A stretch of DNA of 64,000 bases from an uncultured delta proteobacterium (GTDB lineage Bacteria; Myxococcota_A; Polyangia; Haliangiales; Haliangiaceae), in contig CAVUQH010000002.1 in the NCBI GenBank assembly GCA_963743525.1, positions 256,001-320,000 of the forward strand, in the 5' to 3' direction. This document shows positions 25,722 through 35,961 of this stretch, piece by piece (positions within the stretch are counted from its first letter, which is position 1; each line of letters begins with the position of its first letter). The position numbers and the translations under genes are program-made. The notes under the pieces were generated by a model, which ran no database searches, was not told the DNA's origin, and worked only from the letters and a program-made list of their open reading frames with translations.

Positions 25722-27707
25722 TAGCTGACGATCTCCAGCAGGAAGGCCAGACAGTCGTCTGCGTTGCGGACCCGATCCAAGACGCGCTTCTTGAACGCCT
25801 TCTTGGGAAACAGGTGCCCATGGGCGGCCCACGTGATCAAGGGCGACGCGACATAGGCAAGCCGCGCCCAACCCGAGGCGAACGGATTGATCTCTTCGTC
25901 GAGACCCTTGTAGATCCCGTCCAGCTGATTGCCCATGGTTCCACCGCTCTTCATGTCGCCAACGATGATGGCACCGTAGGTCAGCGGGTCCGTGCTTCGA
26001 AACCCGGGCGATCCACAGCTCTCGCAGTGTATCGACGTTCCAACCGAGCGTCCCCTGATCGAACGACGTGTCGATCCGCGGCATCAGCTGTTCGGGGCCG
26101 TACTTGGCGCCCGCCATGGCCGGGGACGGCGTGGCCTGTTTCACCTGGTCGAGGATCTGGTCGTGGGGAAGCGGGGTCGCCGCGTCGCGTTTCCCGTACG
26201 AGTGAGCGATACGCACTTCGTCGCACCCGATCTGAACCGCCGTCGTTGCCACGCTGAGGTTGGACAGGTGGCTCATGCCGTCGTCCGGCACGGTCTTGTG
26301 CAGCCCGCCGTCGCCGAAGGCGAGCCATCGCCATCCCAGATCGTTGACCATCCACAGCCCAGCATCGTTGTCGGCCTTGTGCGTCATCAGACCGACGATG
26401 TCACCCAACTTGGGAAGCGGCTTGCTTCCGAGCTGCGCGGTGACCATCTCGCGGACCTTCGGTTTGATCTTCGACACCGGGATCATGTCGGACATCCCGG
26501 TCGCGTCGTCGCCCAGCTGCTCCGAGATGTCGTTGACCAGCTTGTCCACGAACTGGGTGCCGAAGTCTGGATATTTTCCGTTCCAGTGCTCGCTGATCGA
26601 GGTGCGCGGCGTGCTGACATGACCCGCGGCAAACGAGTCGGTCAGGAAGTGCCCTCCGAGACCCTCCATGACCATCGCTTCCTGAATGTCGTGGCCGCCC
26701 GCGCCTAGCTGGTACGCCTTCACGATCGCGGCCTCGTGCCAGCCGCGATAGCTGCTGTGCGATGAACCCGGGCCTCCCGCGGTACCCGCGTGGGGATTGG
26801 CGAAGTGGTTGTCGTTCTGCGACGCGAGCGCGTAGTAGCGAGCCTCGACGCTCTGTTTGACCGCCGCCGAGAAGCTCAGATGCGACCATTTTCCGCCGGG
26901 CGCAAAGCGAGGGTCGGAGGTACCCAGGTTGTCGTACAGGGCGTAGATCAGCTCGTCCTGGGTGTACGGCAGCCGCCCCGGAATGGCAGATGGCGCGTTG
27001 AGCAACCTCAAGAGATCTTCCGGGCTGAAGTGATCACCGCTGAGCAACACCAGGTCTCCGTGGGTGAACTCCTGCGCGCCGAACTTGTACGTCTCACCCC
27101 CGCTGCCGGCATCTCCGAGCTCCTTGTGTTCGGGCTCGACGAAGCGCTGGACGCCAATCTTGCCAGCTCCGGCCGCGGGCACCTCGGTCATCAGGTCCCG
27201 CGCCGACTGACCTGCGACCACGCGGTCGGCGACGGCGTCGGCGTGCTGCTCGTATTGATCGCCGACCTCGCCCACGCCCCCTTCGAGGCTCACCCCCGAA
27301 CGTTGCTGCAGCACGTGCGTCGCCTCGTGCGCGGCCGTGTGCAAATCTGGTTGGCGGGCGAAGCCGACCTTGTCGCCGGTGGCGTACGCGGCGGCGCCGA
27401 TGGATTGCGCGGCATCGGTCGCCGGCCCGCCGACCTGAGCTTGGATCCCCTCGATCGCCGGGCGGTGCTCTTCACCGAGGTGCTCAATGATGGTATCGGC
27501 GTGCGGAATCCGCCCGGATGCCCCGTCCACGCCTTCCGTGGCTGCGGTCTGGATTTGCTCCGACGATTGGGGCCGAGGCGACTCGGCTTCCTTGGCCTGG
27601 ACCAGATACCGCGCCGCCACCCGGGAACGCTTGCCCGGCGCGAGCTTCCTCTGGACGAGCAAATCCGCAGGTCCCGGCCGCGCACCATCCGATCGTTTGC
27701 CCTTCAC
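25721..27707 (-). CDS. DUF4157 (eCIS core) protein with a C-terminal Zn-phospholipase C-like domain; +1 frameshift near 26001
   Basis: GAAAYATG...[29 protein letters not shown]; then EHKELGD, GDHF, NDNHF and [12 protein letters not shown]. Deleting one T continues into [18 protein letters not shown]...EIVS*. Confidence 0.8.
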
Positions 27708-27836
27708 CCTGCGACCTCCTGCCGACCACGAGAACAGCGTGACCTACGCCACTCCAGTAGTCGGCCCAGTTCCAGAATGTACGCAAGTCGGACTCTGTAA
27801 TCGCCCTCTGTCTGAGTCTTTCTTGGCGACTCGCGG

Positions 27837-29183
27837 TCATCTGCCAGGCGTTGTGCCCGACCCTACACGCGGCATGGTGACCAGGATGTCGCTGCTCGGC
27901 GCCTCGATGCCGGTCTTGCGCGTCTGTTGGTAGCCGTTGCGGCGGAAGCGCAGGCGGTGCGGCCCCGGGCCCAGGTCGGAGATGATGAAGTAGCCGTCGG
28001 CGTTGGTGTAGGTCTTGTTGTAGCGCTCTTTCGAGCCCACGACGCCCTGGGCGACTTGTACCAGCGCCAGGGGATGGCCGGACTCGTCGACGACGTGGCC
28101 ACTGAGGCTGAGCTCGGCTTTGCCCAGCTCGAGGACGATGTTGGTTCGGCTCTCACCCGGCTCGAGATCGAAGGCGACCGGCTTGGACTGGGCGTATCCG
28201 CGGGCCGCCGCTTCGACGATCGTGTGTGTCGGGCGGATGACCTGGTAGCGAAAGTGCCCCTGCGCATCGGTGGATACGGGGATGCGATCGTACTCACCGG
28301 TGCCGGGAATCTGCATCGAGGCCAGGACCTTGGCGTCGCCGATGGTCTCGTGGTCGGGTCCGCGAACCACGCCTTCGACATAGCCGTTGGGGATCACGAT
28401 GATGTTGACGTTGTTCCGCGCTTCGCCCGGTGCCAACGCGTGGACCCGCGTTCGGCCGGCGGCGGATCGACTGCTCGCGTCGACTACGAGATTTCCCGGC
28501 ACCGTGAACAGTTCGAAGCTGCCGTCGTCCGCGACCTCCGCGGTGCCGAGCTCGCCGAGGGCGGCCAGCTCGGACGTCTTATTGCTGTCGCGATGGGGAA
28601 CGACGACGGCGCCGGCCGCGGGGCTGCGATCGCGGTAGCGAACGTGGCCGCGGATCACCGACTGCCGCTGCACACGAATGTCGAAGCGCCGGGCGGTGGA
28701 GCCGAGCTCGAGCGGCGGGAGACCCACGGCGATGACTCGCTCGCCGATGGCGCGCACGCGATACCTGCCCGGCACCAGGTGCAGCGAGTAGGCGCCCTTG
28801 TCGTCGCTGGTGGCCGTCGACTCCGCGCCCTTGTCGTCGGCGAAGATGACGTCAACCGAGGCGGCCGGGCTGTCGCCCTGGTTGGTGACGTGTCCGTACA
28901 CCTGTACAGGGACCGGCGCGGACGCGGCCAGCGGTTCGGGCTCGATGGGCACGTCGGCGGCTGGAGCGCCCCGTTGGTCGCCGGTGTTCACGCCACCCGT
29001 GTCATCCCGCGAAGCAGACTCTGCGGATCCCGGAGTCGGGTCCGAGCCGGCCGCGGGCGTCGGATCCCGCGCAACAGACTTCGCCGGCGCGTCGCCGCGC
29101 GAGAGCCACCACGCGGCGACCAGGCCCGCAACCACGAGCGCGATCAGCAGGGCCCAGGTTCTGTGCTTCGTCAGCCGCGGCAT
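27837..29183 (-). CDS. Membrane-anchored carboxypeptidase-regulatory-like repeat protein
   Basis: N-terminal TM helix; repeated G-V-D...T-D-G-F/Y...PG.Y beta modules. Confidence 0.8.
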   Translation of the reverse strand: MPRLTKHRTWALLIALVVAGLVAAWWLSRGDAPAKSVARDPTPAAGSDPTPGSAESASRDDTGGVNTGDQRGAPAADVPIEPEPLAASAPVPVQVYGHVTNQGDSPAASVDVIFADDKGAESTATSDDKGAYSLHLVPGRYRVRAIGERVIAVGLPPLELGSTARRFDIRVQRQSVIRGHVRYRDRSPAAGAVVVPHRDSNKTSELAALGELGTAEVADDGSFELFTVPGNLVVDASSRSAAGRTRVHALAPGEARNNVNIIVIPNGYVEGVVRGPDHETIGDAKVLASMQIPGTGEYDRIPVSTDAQGHFRYQVIRPTHTIVEAAARGYAQSKPVAFDLEPGESRTNIVLELGKAELSLSGHVVDESGHPLALVQVAQGVVGSKERYNKTYTNADGYFIISDLGPGPHRLRFRRNGYQQTRKTGIEAPSSDILVTMPRVGSGTTPGR

Positions 29184-29416
29184 GCTCGACCCAACCTTAT
29201 ACTCGATGGTGACGGTCGCGAAATCTCCCGCGGGTGCGGCTCCAGTGGTTGCCGGCAAGCCTCTCCCCGGCGGAATGCCGCCGGCCTCGCGCTCAGGAGC
29301 CGCCGGCGAAACGGATGTCGGAGACGTCGACGGGCTTGCCGCTATCCGGGTCGACGGTGACCAGACGCGCCTCTCGTCGAAATTCTTGGCGTGCTCGTCG
29401 ACGGCGCCACTGGCGC

Positions 29417-30256
29417 TTACCGGCACATCCGTGAGGTGACGTAGAGATCGGACTGGCCGTCGCTCGATGACGCGAAGTAGAGCTCCAACCCGTCGCTGCG
29501 GAGTGCGGGATCGCTCTCGCAGCAAGCGTCGCCGATGCCGGGAACGGGCACAGCGGCGATGAACGCAGCTTGTGTCGTCCGGCGCGTGGATTGGTACAGG
29601 GTCGTGCTGGCGGTCTGCTCGTCGTACTGCTCGAAGAGGATGGTGCGTTCGTCGGCGCTGAGCGTGGCGAAGCCCCGCCCGGGCGAACGGTCGAGGCCGG
29701 GAACCGGCGTTCCGCCCGCGAATGCGGCGGTCCGGTCCGTCCGGGTCGACATCATCAACGTCCCCCACTGCTCGTGGACGACAGTGGTGTTGTAGTAGAG
29801 ACGCAGCCCATCGGGGCTCACATACGGTCCCGTGCAGCCTTGCGGGCAGAGGTCGGAGAGCACGGTCGGTGGGCCCCACGAGTCGCTCGTGGACGCGCGC
29901 CGGGAGACATAGAGCTGGAGCGGACCTGCGCGATCGCTGGTGAAGTAGAGCTCGAGGCCATCGCCGGTCACCGACGCGCGGCTGTCGTTGCCCGGCGATT
30001 GCAGGATGTCGAGGTGAGTCGGCGCGCCGAAGGAAGAGCCCATGTCCGGACGCGTGGCGACGTAGATCTCGAGGTCGCCGGTGTCGGCCGAGGCGACGTA
30101 GATGGACAGCCCGTCAGGCGCCAGCAAGCCCGTGAAGTCGTTCCCTGCCGAGCTCAGTTCTGCGACGCGCGCCGGCGCACTCCACGCGCAGTCGTCGAAG
30201 CCAATACGACCACACCCCGCGACTCCCACGAGGAGCAGTAAGACGACCACTCCCAT
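29417..30256 (-). CDS. Lipoprotein with TolB-like/PD40 (WD40-like) repeats
   Basis: Lipobox VAGC followed by GRIGFD; repeated S.DGL.LYF.S.R motif. Confidence 0.8.
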   Translation of the reverse strand: MGVVVLLLLVGVAGCGRIGFDDCAWSAPARVAELSSAGNDFTGLLAPDGLSIYVASADTGDLEIYVATRPDMGSSFGAPTHLDILQSPGNDSRASVTGDGLELYFTSDRAGPLQLYVSRRASTSDSWGPPTVLSDLCPQGCTGPYVSPDGLRLYYNTTVVHEQWGTLMMSTRTDRTAAFAGGTPVPGLDRSPGRGFATLSADERTILFEQYDEQTASTTLYQSTRRTTQAAFIAAVPVPGIGDACCESDPALRSDGLELYFASSSDGQSDLYVTSRMCR

Positions 30257-30387
30257 CGACTGCTGATTGTACCGCCGTCCACGGCCCGCGAAGTGATTGG
30301 ACATTTGCGCCGAGAAGCCGTGTCATTCCGACAGATTGCGACCCCCGTGCGTGTCCCCGGGCGCGATGGGGACACTCCCGAAAGCGC

Positions 30388-30422
30388 AGCAGGCGCGCGC
30401 CCGTCGAGGGCCGCGCGCCTGC
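30388..30422 (-). terminator. Hairpin after the truncated cupredoxin copy
   Basis: GCAGGCGCGCG...CGCGCGCCTGC; a related hairpin lies at ~31536-31566. Confidence 0.5.
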
Positions 30423-30448
30423 CGTGCTCCATGGCTGTTTGCGGACTG

Positions 30449-30742
30449 CTACCGGTGCAGCTCGAAGCTGAGCTTCGACTGGCCGCCGGCCTTGACGGTC
30501 ACCTTCTGGCCGGATGCCTTCAGGTGCGAGTTCCACACATCGATCTCGTAGGTCCCGGGCGGAACGTTGGCGATGGTGAACGAGCCGTTCTTGCTGACCG
30601 CCGCCGAGTACGGATTCTGGCCGACGAAGACGTAGCCGAGCATCTCGGGATGCACGCCGCACAGCAGGGTGAAGGTCCCGGCCTTGGCGAAGGTCTGCGT
30701 CTTCGAGCCGTTGAAGCCCCACATGCCCAGGTTGAAGCCACC
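30449..30742 (-). pseudogene. 3' fragment of a cupredoxin/carboxypeptidase-like gene, paralogue of 31590-32184
   Basis: GFNLGMWGFNGSKTQTF...LCGVHPEM...LHR*; the 5' half is missing and replaced by a purine-rich tract. Confidence 0.75.
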
Positions 30743-30832
30743 GGGTAGAGTTGGAGTGGAGAGTGGTGGAGAGGTAGGTGGAGTGGGGTGGTAGAGGGTT
30801 TAGCGAGGTGTGTGGAGTGCTGTACGGGGAGC
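30743..30832. other. G/A/T-rich low-complexity junction tract
   Basis: gtagagttggagtggagagtggtggagaggtaggtggagtgggg..., almost no C, unlike the rest of the window. Confidence 0.8.
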
Positions 30833-30849
30833 TCGAGCCAGGCTCGAGT

Positions 30850-31516
30850 TGGCGCTTTGCGCGAGAGGAACACGGGATCGTTTCTGGGAGACAACTGCGG
30901 GCACGCTTCGCATCACGTCGTTCATGGACGGCCACGCCGATTGCACCTTTGCGATGTGCGCGCAGCATCGACGCGTGGCTGCCGGAGAGCGACACCCTGC
31001 AGGTCATCGAACTACGGATCGGGATGGGGGAGAGCGCGCTGTATTGGCGAGCGCGCGCTCATGCTCAGGTCTACGACAGTCGCGGCGCATCTGGCCGCTA
31101 TCAAGGCATGGTCATGGTGCGCGTGGAGATCGGCATTGTCGGACGGCTGGCGCTGGCACTGGCATCGCCGACCGACAAACGAGCGGCCACCTGCGCGCCG
31201 CGCGCAAGCACTCGCGGGCGATCGGCAAGGAACCGCTTCTCCTCGCCAGCCAACTCAGCAGCCTGCTCGAAGCGAGCATCCTCCACGCCGAAGGTCGCGC
31301 CGAGCGCGCGAGCTCCTCGGCCTGTGCGTGACGGTTCGACGCCAGCGGCACCAAGCTCTACGCCGCCGCGGCGCGCCGGCGACTCGGCCAGCTGCAGGGT
31401 GGCGACCGGGCGGGCAGCTCGTGGCGCGAGCCGACGACTGGTTGCGCGGGCAAAACGTGCGCGAGCCAGCGCGGCTCGTGGCCACTCTGGCCCCCGGTTT
31501 TCGCACCGGCGACTAA
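30850..31516 (+). pseudogene. Multiply frameshifted C-terminal fragment resembling myxobacterial Ser/Thr kinase-ATPase-TPR proteins
   Basis: Pieces in different frames: KLYAAAARRRLGQLQGG and ADDWLRGQNVREPARLVATLAPGF. Confidence 0.5.
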
Positions 31517-31589
31517 GGGCGCGGCCGAAACGAGCGCAGGCGCGAGCCCCAGGGGCGCGCGCCTGCGATCGAGCGCATGGCGCCGAACG

Positions 31590-32184
31590 CTAGCGGTGCA
31601 GCGCGAAGGTGAGGCTACTCTTGCCCCCGGCCTTCACGGTGACCTTTTGCGACGGAGGCCTTGAGGTGCGAGTTCCACACGTCGATCTCGTAGGTGCCGG
31701 GCGGGACGTTGGCGGATGGTGAACGACCCATTCTTGCTTGACCGCCGCCGCGTACGGGTTCTGCCCGACGAAGACGTATCCGAGCATCTCCGGGTGCACG
31801 CCACACAGGAGGGTGAAGGTGCCCGTCTTGGCTGAAGGTCTGGGTCTTCGACCCGTTGAATCCCCACATGCCCAGATTGAAGCCAGCGTCCGGTGACATG
31901 ACGTTGTGCGACACGTGGTCGTGGTTGAGGAACTTGACCGAATCGCCGGCGGTGATCGTGAGGATGTGCGGCGAGAACTTCATGCCCTCCTGATCCTCGG
32001 TCTTGGTCCTGGGCGCAAAGCTGCCCGACACCTGCTTGACGTAAACGACCGTGTCCTTCAGGTACTTGGCCGGCGTGGCGCTGACCTTGCCCTTGATGGT
32101 GCCGCCTTTGGCCTGGGCGAACCCGGGTGCGGCGAACAGTCCACCGGCAATCACGAGCGCAGCTATCGTTATCTTGGTCTTCAT
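31590..32184 (-). CDS. Exported cupredoxin-fold protein with a carboxypeptidase-regulatory-like tail (about four +1 indels)
   Basis: Signal peptide, DQEGMKFSPH, VKFLNHDHVSHNV and CGVHPEM type-1 copper ligands; frame restored by comparison with the 30449 copy. Confidence 0.8.
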
Positions 32185-33179
32185 GGCTGGACTTCCTTCT
32201 TCTTCGCGGCAGGGCTCGCGCCGGGCTCCGCACTGACATTGGTGGTGAGGTACGCGTACGCGGCCTCGATTTCCTGGTTGGACAGATATGGGAACGCCGG
32301 CATTCGATTCTTGAACTTGCTCTTTTCGCCGTCGGTCGCCGCGACGTTTCCGGTGTGAACTTTTTGCGTGACCATCTCCAGCGGTCTGTCGGGGATGGTC
32401 GCAAGTGACGGAACGATGTCCTTGGTCATGACCAGCTCATGGGCCCCAGGGCCTGTCGCCGGGTGACAGGTGTGGCAGGTTCCCTGGACGATCAGCTCGC
32501 CCATCCTCTCCTTGGACTCGTGGATGCGCAGCGGGTGCTCGGCCTTCTCGCCCGCGAGCGAGCGAACGTAGGCGAGTATCGCCTCGATCTCCTTCGGCTG
32601 AAGGTGAGCGAAGGGCGGCATCTTCTCGCCGCCCGCGTGCATCCGCTTGAGGATGTTCTGCTTGGACATGTCGGTGATCTGCGCGACCATGTCAGGTGCA
32701 GGCGGCTTGCCCATCTGCTTCTCGAGCTGCGCGCTCAGCAGCGCCTTGGACGTGCCGCTGATGGTGCTGACGATGCCGGGAATCGTCGGCATGTCGCCCT
32801 CGGCCGTTGGTCCGTGGCACGAGCGACAGCTGACGCGATAGAGATCGGACCCCGACACGACGAATCCGTTGACGCCGGGCTGCACGTCGGTCGCTGCCGC
32901 CACCTCGGTCCCGCCCTGGTGGCCGAGCGGCGACTTCTCGATCTTGTCTTTGAGATACCCGACGATCCAGCCGGGCCCCTTCACCGGGGTGACCATGGAC
33001 AGATCGGCGTCGTACCTGGGTGCCGGCGGGGGTACCACCTCGGGGGTGGCGGCCGGCGGCGCCGTCGTCTCCTGATCGTTGGTGCTCGCCTGCGCGTCGC
33101 TGCGGTGGCAGGACGGCAGCGCCAGCACCGCCACTGACAACCACGCGAGGTGGCGTGCAGCTGTGACTCTAGTAGGCAT
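32181..33179 (-). CDS. Diheme cytochrome c lipoprotein
   Basis: Lipobox-like LPSC; CRSCH and CHTCH heme motifs, each followed by a distal MPxF. Confidence 0.88.
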   Translation of the reverse strand: MPTRVTAARHLAWLSVAVLALPSCHRSDAQASTNDQETTAPPAATPEVVPPPAPRYDADLSMVTPVKGPGWIVGYLKDKIEKSPLGHQGGTEVAAATDVQPGVNGFVVSGSDLYRVSCRSCHGPTAEGDMPTIPGIVSTISGTSKALLSAQLEKQMGKPPAPDMVAQITDMSKQNILKRMHAGGEKMPPFAHLQPKEIEAILAYVRSLAGEKAEHPLRIHESKERMGELIVQGTCHTCHPATGPGAHELVMTKDIVPSLATIPDRPLEMVTQKVHTGNVAATDGEKSKFKNRMPAFPYLSNQEIEAAYAYLTTNVSAEPGASPAAKKKEVQP

Positions 33180-34572
33180 AGAGCAACCCGATGTTGATGC
33201 CCTCGATCTCCGGGCCGATCGAAGTGGTGCCAGTGGTGTCGGCCTGACCGCCCACGGCTTCCCAGCCGCCGTCCGGCGCACCAGAAGCGGCCTCGATCCA
33301 GCCGACGACCGTCATCTTGACGTTGGGGAAGATCAGCGCGGCGAGCCCCGGCATGATCCGCCAGTCGTTCACGCTGTTGCCACCGTCGGGCGACAGCTGG
33401 ACGAACTCGAAGCGAACCGCGGGAACCAGCCACGGGTAGACCACGTAGGACAGCTCCTCGTAGTCGGTCAGGGCAGTGGCCTTGCTGGCGGCCGGCCCCG
33501 CCTTGTCGTGCGACTCGAACTGGACACCGCCGTCCAGCTCCAGGGAACCCAGTTGCCCGCGGAAGCCGCCGCCAAAGGCCAGCGTGGTGTCCTTCTGGTC
33601 CACGTCACCGGCGTCGATGTAGTGCGAGACCGCGCGAGCGCCGTACGCGTCGATGGTGAAGGCGTTCTCTTCCCAGGGACGGCTGGCGTTGGTCGTTCCG
33701 GACGTGCCGCCATCCAGATCCATTCCGCCGATCTTGTAGCCTGCGTGCGCATAGACGTCTTGCGTGTTGTGGACGCCTTCGGTCGCACCCGCCATCAGAC
33801 CAGCGGAGTAGTCGAGGCGATGACCGATGACGCCGTTGAGCTCGAGGCGAGGGCTCGGGTCGGAGAGAATGAACGGATCACTCTGGCCGCCGAAGGCCGC
33901 GGTCACGCCGATCGCTGGCAGCGCGCCGTCGGCCAGGTAGGTCGAGTGGGGGCCGAAGCTGCTCAGAGTCGCGGCCGATTTTCCGACGATCAGGTTCGCC
34001 GCGTGGGCGGGCCCCGCGAGGTCGTTGAACCATAGAAATGCGTGCTCGAGCTCGACGCCGTCCGCTGAGAAGGCGAGCTCTCCGAAGTAGGTGGTGGAGT
34101 CCGACAGGCTACCGGCTGCCCAGACCTGGCCTTCACCGACCAGATCCTGCATCGTGAACGTCGTACCGCCGTCAGCCTTTCCAGCGCTGCTGTTCTTATC
34201 GGGGTGGAGTACGGCCTCACCGTTGAAACCGACCGCGATCGGTGCGCCGGCGAGAAGGTTGCCGGGCCAAACTGCCTTGGGGAACACCTTCTTGTAGGTC
34301 TCTTGTCCGAGAGCGACGGTGTCCTGTTTCCAGTAGTCGCTGTCAACACCTGGAAATCGAAATCCGTTTCGCCGGAACGCCTCCCCGAATGGATTGAGTT
34401 TGGGAAAGATGGTGTGGCAGGTGGTGCAGCTGGTCTGATACTTGCGCGCGAACGCAGGCACCGCGTGGGCCTGGGAGCTCATCAGCAGAACGAGCGCCGC
34501 GGCGACACCTCCTGCGAGCCCTGCTGCTACTCGATGCCTGCCTTGGTCAACGTCGATTTCACGGGTCTTCAT
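33169..34572 (-). CDS. Cyc2-like fused monoheme cytochrome c-porin
   Basis: Signal peptide AHA|VPAFARKYQTSCTTCHTIFPKLNPFGEAFRRNGF, barrel-type alternating strands, terminal aromatic (LLYAY); AGGAGG RBS. Confidence 0.85.
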   Translation of the reverse strand: MKTREIDVDQGRHRVAAGLAGGVAAALVLLMSSQAHAVPAFARKYQTSCTTCHTIFPKLNPFGEAFRRNGFRFPGVDSDYWKQDTVALGQETYKKVFPKAVWPGNLLAGAPIAVGFNGEAVLHPDKNSSAGKADGGTTFTMQDLVGEGQVWAAGSLSDSTTYFGELAFSADGVELEHAFLWFNDLAGPAHAANLIVGKSAATLSSFGPHSTYLADGALPAIGVTAAFGGQSDPFILSDPSPRLELNGVIGHRLDYSAGLMAGATEGVHNTQDVYAHAGYKIGGMDLDGGTSGTTNASRPWEENAFTIDAYGARAVSHYIDAGDVDQKDTTLAFGGGFRGQLGSLELDGGVQFESHDKAGPAASKATALTDYEELSYVVYPWLVPAVRFEFVQLSPDGGNSVNDWRIMPGLAALIFPNVKMTVVGWIEAASGAPDGGWEAVGGQADTTGTTSIGPEIEGINIGLLYAY

Positions 34573-34605
34573 GGGAAAAACCTCCTGTGGTTTTCCCCTG
34601 GCGCG

Positions 34606-34621
34606 TGGAAGAAGCGTGCCA
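34606..34621 (-). promoter_or_regulatory. Putative sigma54 promoter of the cytochrome operon
   Basis: TGGCACGCTTCTTCCA: perfect -24 element, -12 mismatch; imperfect direct repeats CGCAA..TGTCGCC upstream (34694-34731). Confidence 0.45.
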
Positions 34622-34781
34622 GCCCCACACTGCCGGTTTCGGGACCAACTCGCGCACTTCCTGCAGCGAAAGATCGCGAAGTGATCCGCCCCACGCAAGA
34701 CTGTCGCCTTTTTCGCAACGACGATGTCGCCCGAGATCCCGCGAGGCCACAACTGCTGGCCGCGAGGGCCAAACGCGCGAC

Positions 34782-35961
34782 CTACATGAAGTTGCGGGTA
34801 TGGAGCGCCGACAGCGCAGCTGCTTCTTCGCCGGCGAAACCGAGGCGCGCGAGGCGCTTCTTGCGTCCGTCGTCCATGGCGCGCTCGAGCTCTTGCACGG
34901 CGTCCCAGCCGCGGGCGAGAGCATCCGGCTCCCAGCCGCCGGCGGCCAGCAACACCAGCGCGTCGAACACCTCTTCGTTGAGCCCCGCGGTGTGGGCGAG
35001 CGCATCGTGGCGGCGCTCGATGGCGCTGGCCAGCCGGTTGCGCAGTGACGGATCTTCCTCGACGTGGCGAGACAGGTGGGCCAGGCCGAAGGCGACGTGT
35101 CGGGCCTCGTCCTGCGCGGCCAGACGCGACACCGCCTCGGTGACCGGATCCGGCGCGTGGTCGCGGAGGAACCAGAGCAGCGACAGGAAGCTGCCCTCGC
35201 CGAGCACCGACAAGCAGGAACGAGGCGAGCGCGAAATCCGGCTCATCGACCAGGGTCTTGAGCGACGCCTGTCCGCCGACCGTCGACAGCCCCAAGCGCG
35301 GGCGTTTCAGCAGCGCGCGGCGAGTGAAGACCTCGATGTGGCGCGCCTCGTCGGCCGCCTGAATCGCCAGCAGCTGGACGACTTCGCGGAAGTGGGGATG
35401 AATTCGCGCCGCGAACTTGGCCGGGACCACCAGCGCGGCGGTCTCGTTCTCGACCAGGTAGGTCATCACCTGGACGATGGCGTCCTCGACGTCGTCGGGA
35501 AGGTCGACCGCCGCGTCCCACGGGATCGCGGTGGCCGGATCCCACTGCGCGGCCGCGGCCTGCGCGTACAGGCGCCGGGCTTCGTCGGCCCACACCTCGG
35601 CGCGGGTGGCCAGCGGGAAGTCGAACGCCGGGCCGCCGGCTTCGACCGTGGCACCGCGGGCGGCCAGCCCCCAGTGAGCCGGCGCCCGGTCGACCACCGC
35701 GTCGACCTCGCCGGCCGGCTCGGCGCCGTGCCAGCGACCGATGTCGGCGTCGCCGCGGATGATGTGGCCGCCGCCGGGCGCGGGCGCGAAGCCGTGGCCC
35801 TGCGCGCGGCAGAAGCCGCGCAGGTGGACCGCCAGCTCCGGCGCCCGTCCGCGAACCTCGACCACGCCGCCCACCGGAACCCGGCGCAAGGCGCGCTTGA
35901 CCAGGAGGTGGCCGCCGCGGTCGAGGCCGAGGTCGCCCAGATCGACGACCGGGTCGCTCAC
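34782..35961 (-). CDS. Ferritin-like diiron protein with N-terminal TusA/SirA-like domain; +1 frameshift near 35212
   Basis: GTGA-coupled start; ENE, DEARH, GE and DEARH diiron ligands. Deleting one T gives FLLSVLGEGSF. Confidence 0.8.

Noticed and set aside
24549..27707. 1052-aa DUF4157-propeller fusion in the ORF track
   Set aside because: The linking segment is off-frame, and an internal GTG with a lipobox shows two genes joined by an indel.
30449..31880. Cupredoxin copies as a DGR template/variable repeat pair
   Set aside because: Differences are not confined to adenines and many are synonymous, as in ordinary paralogues.
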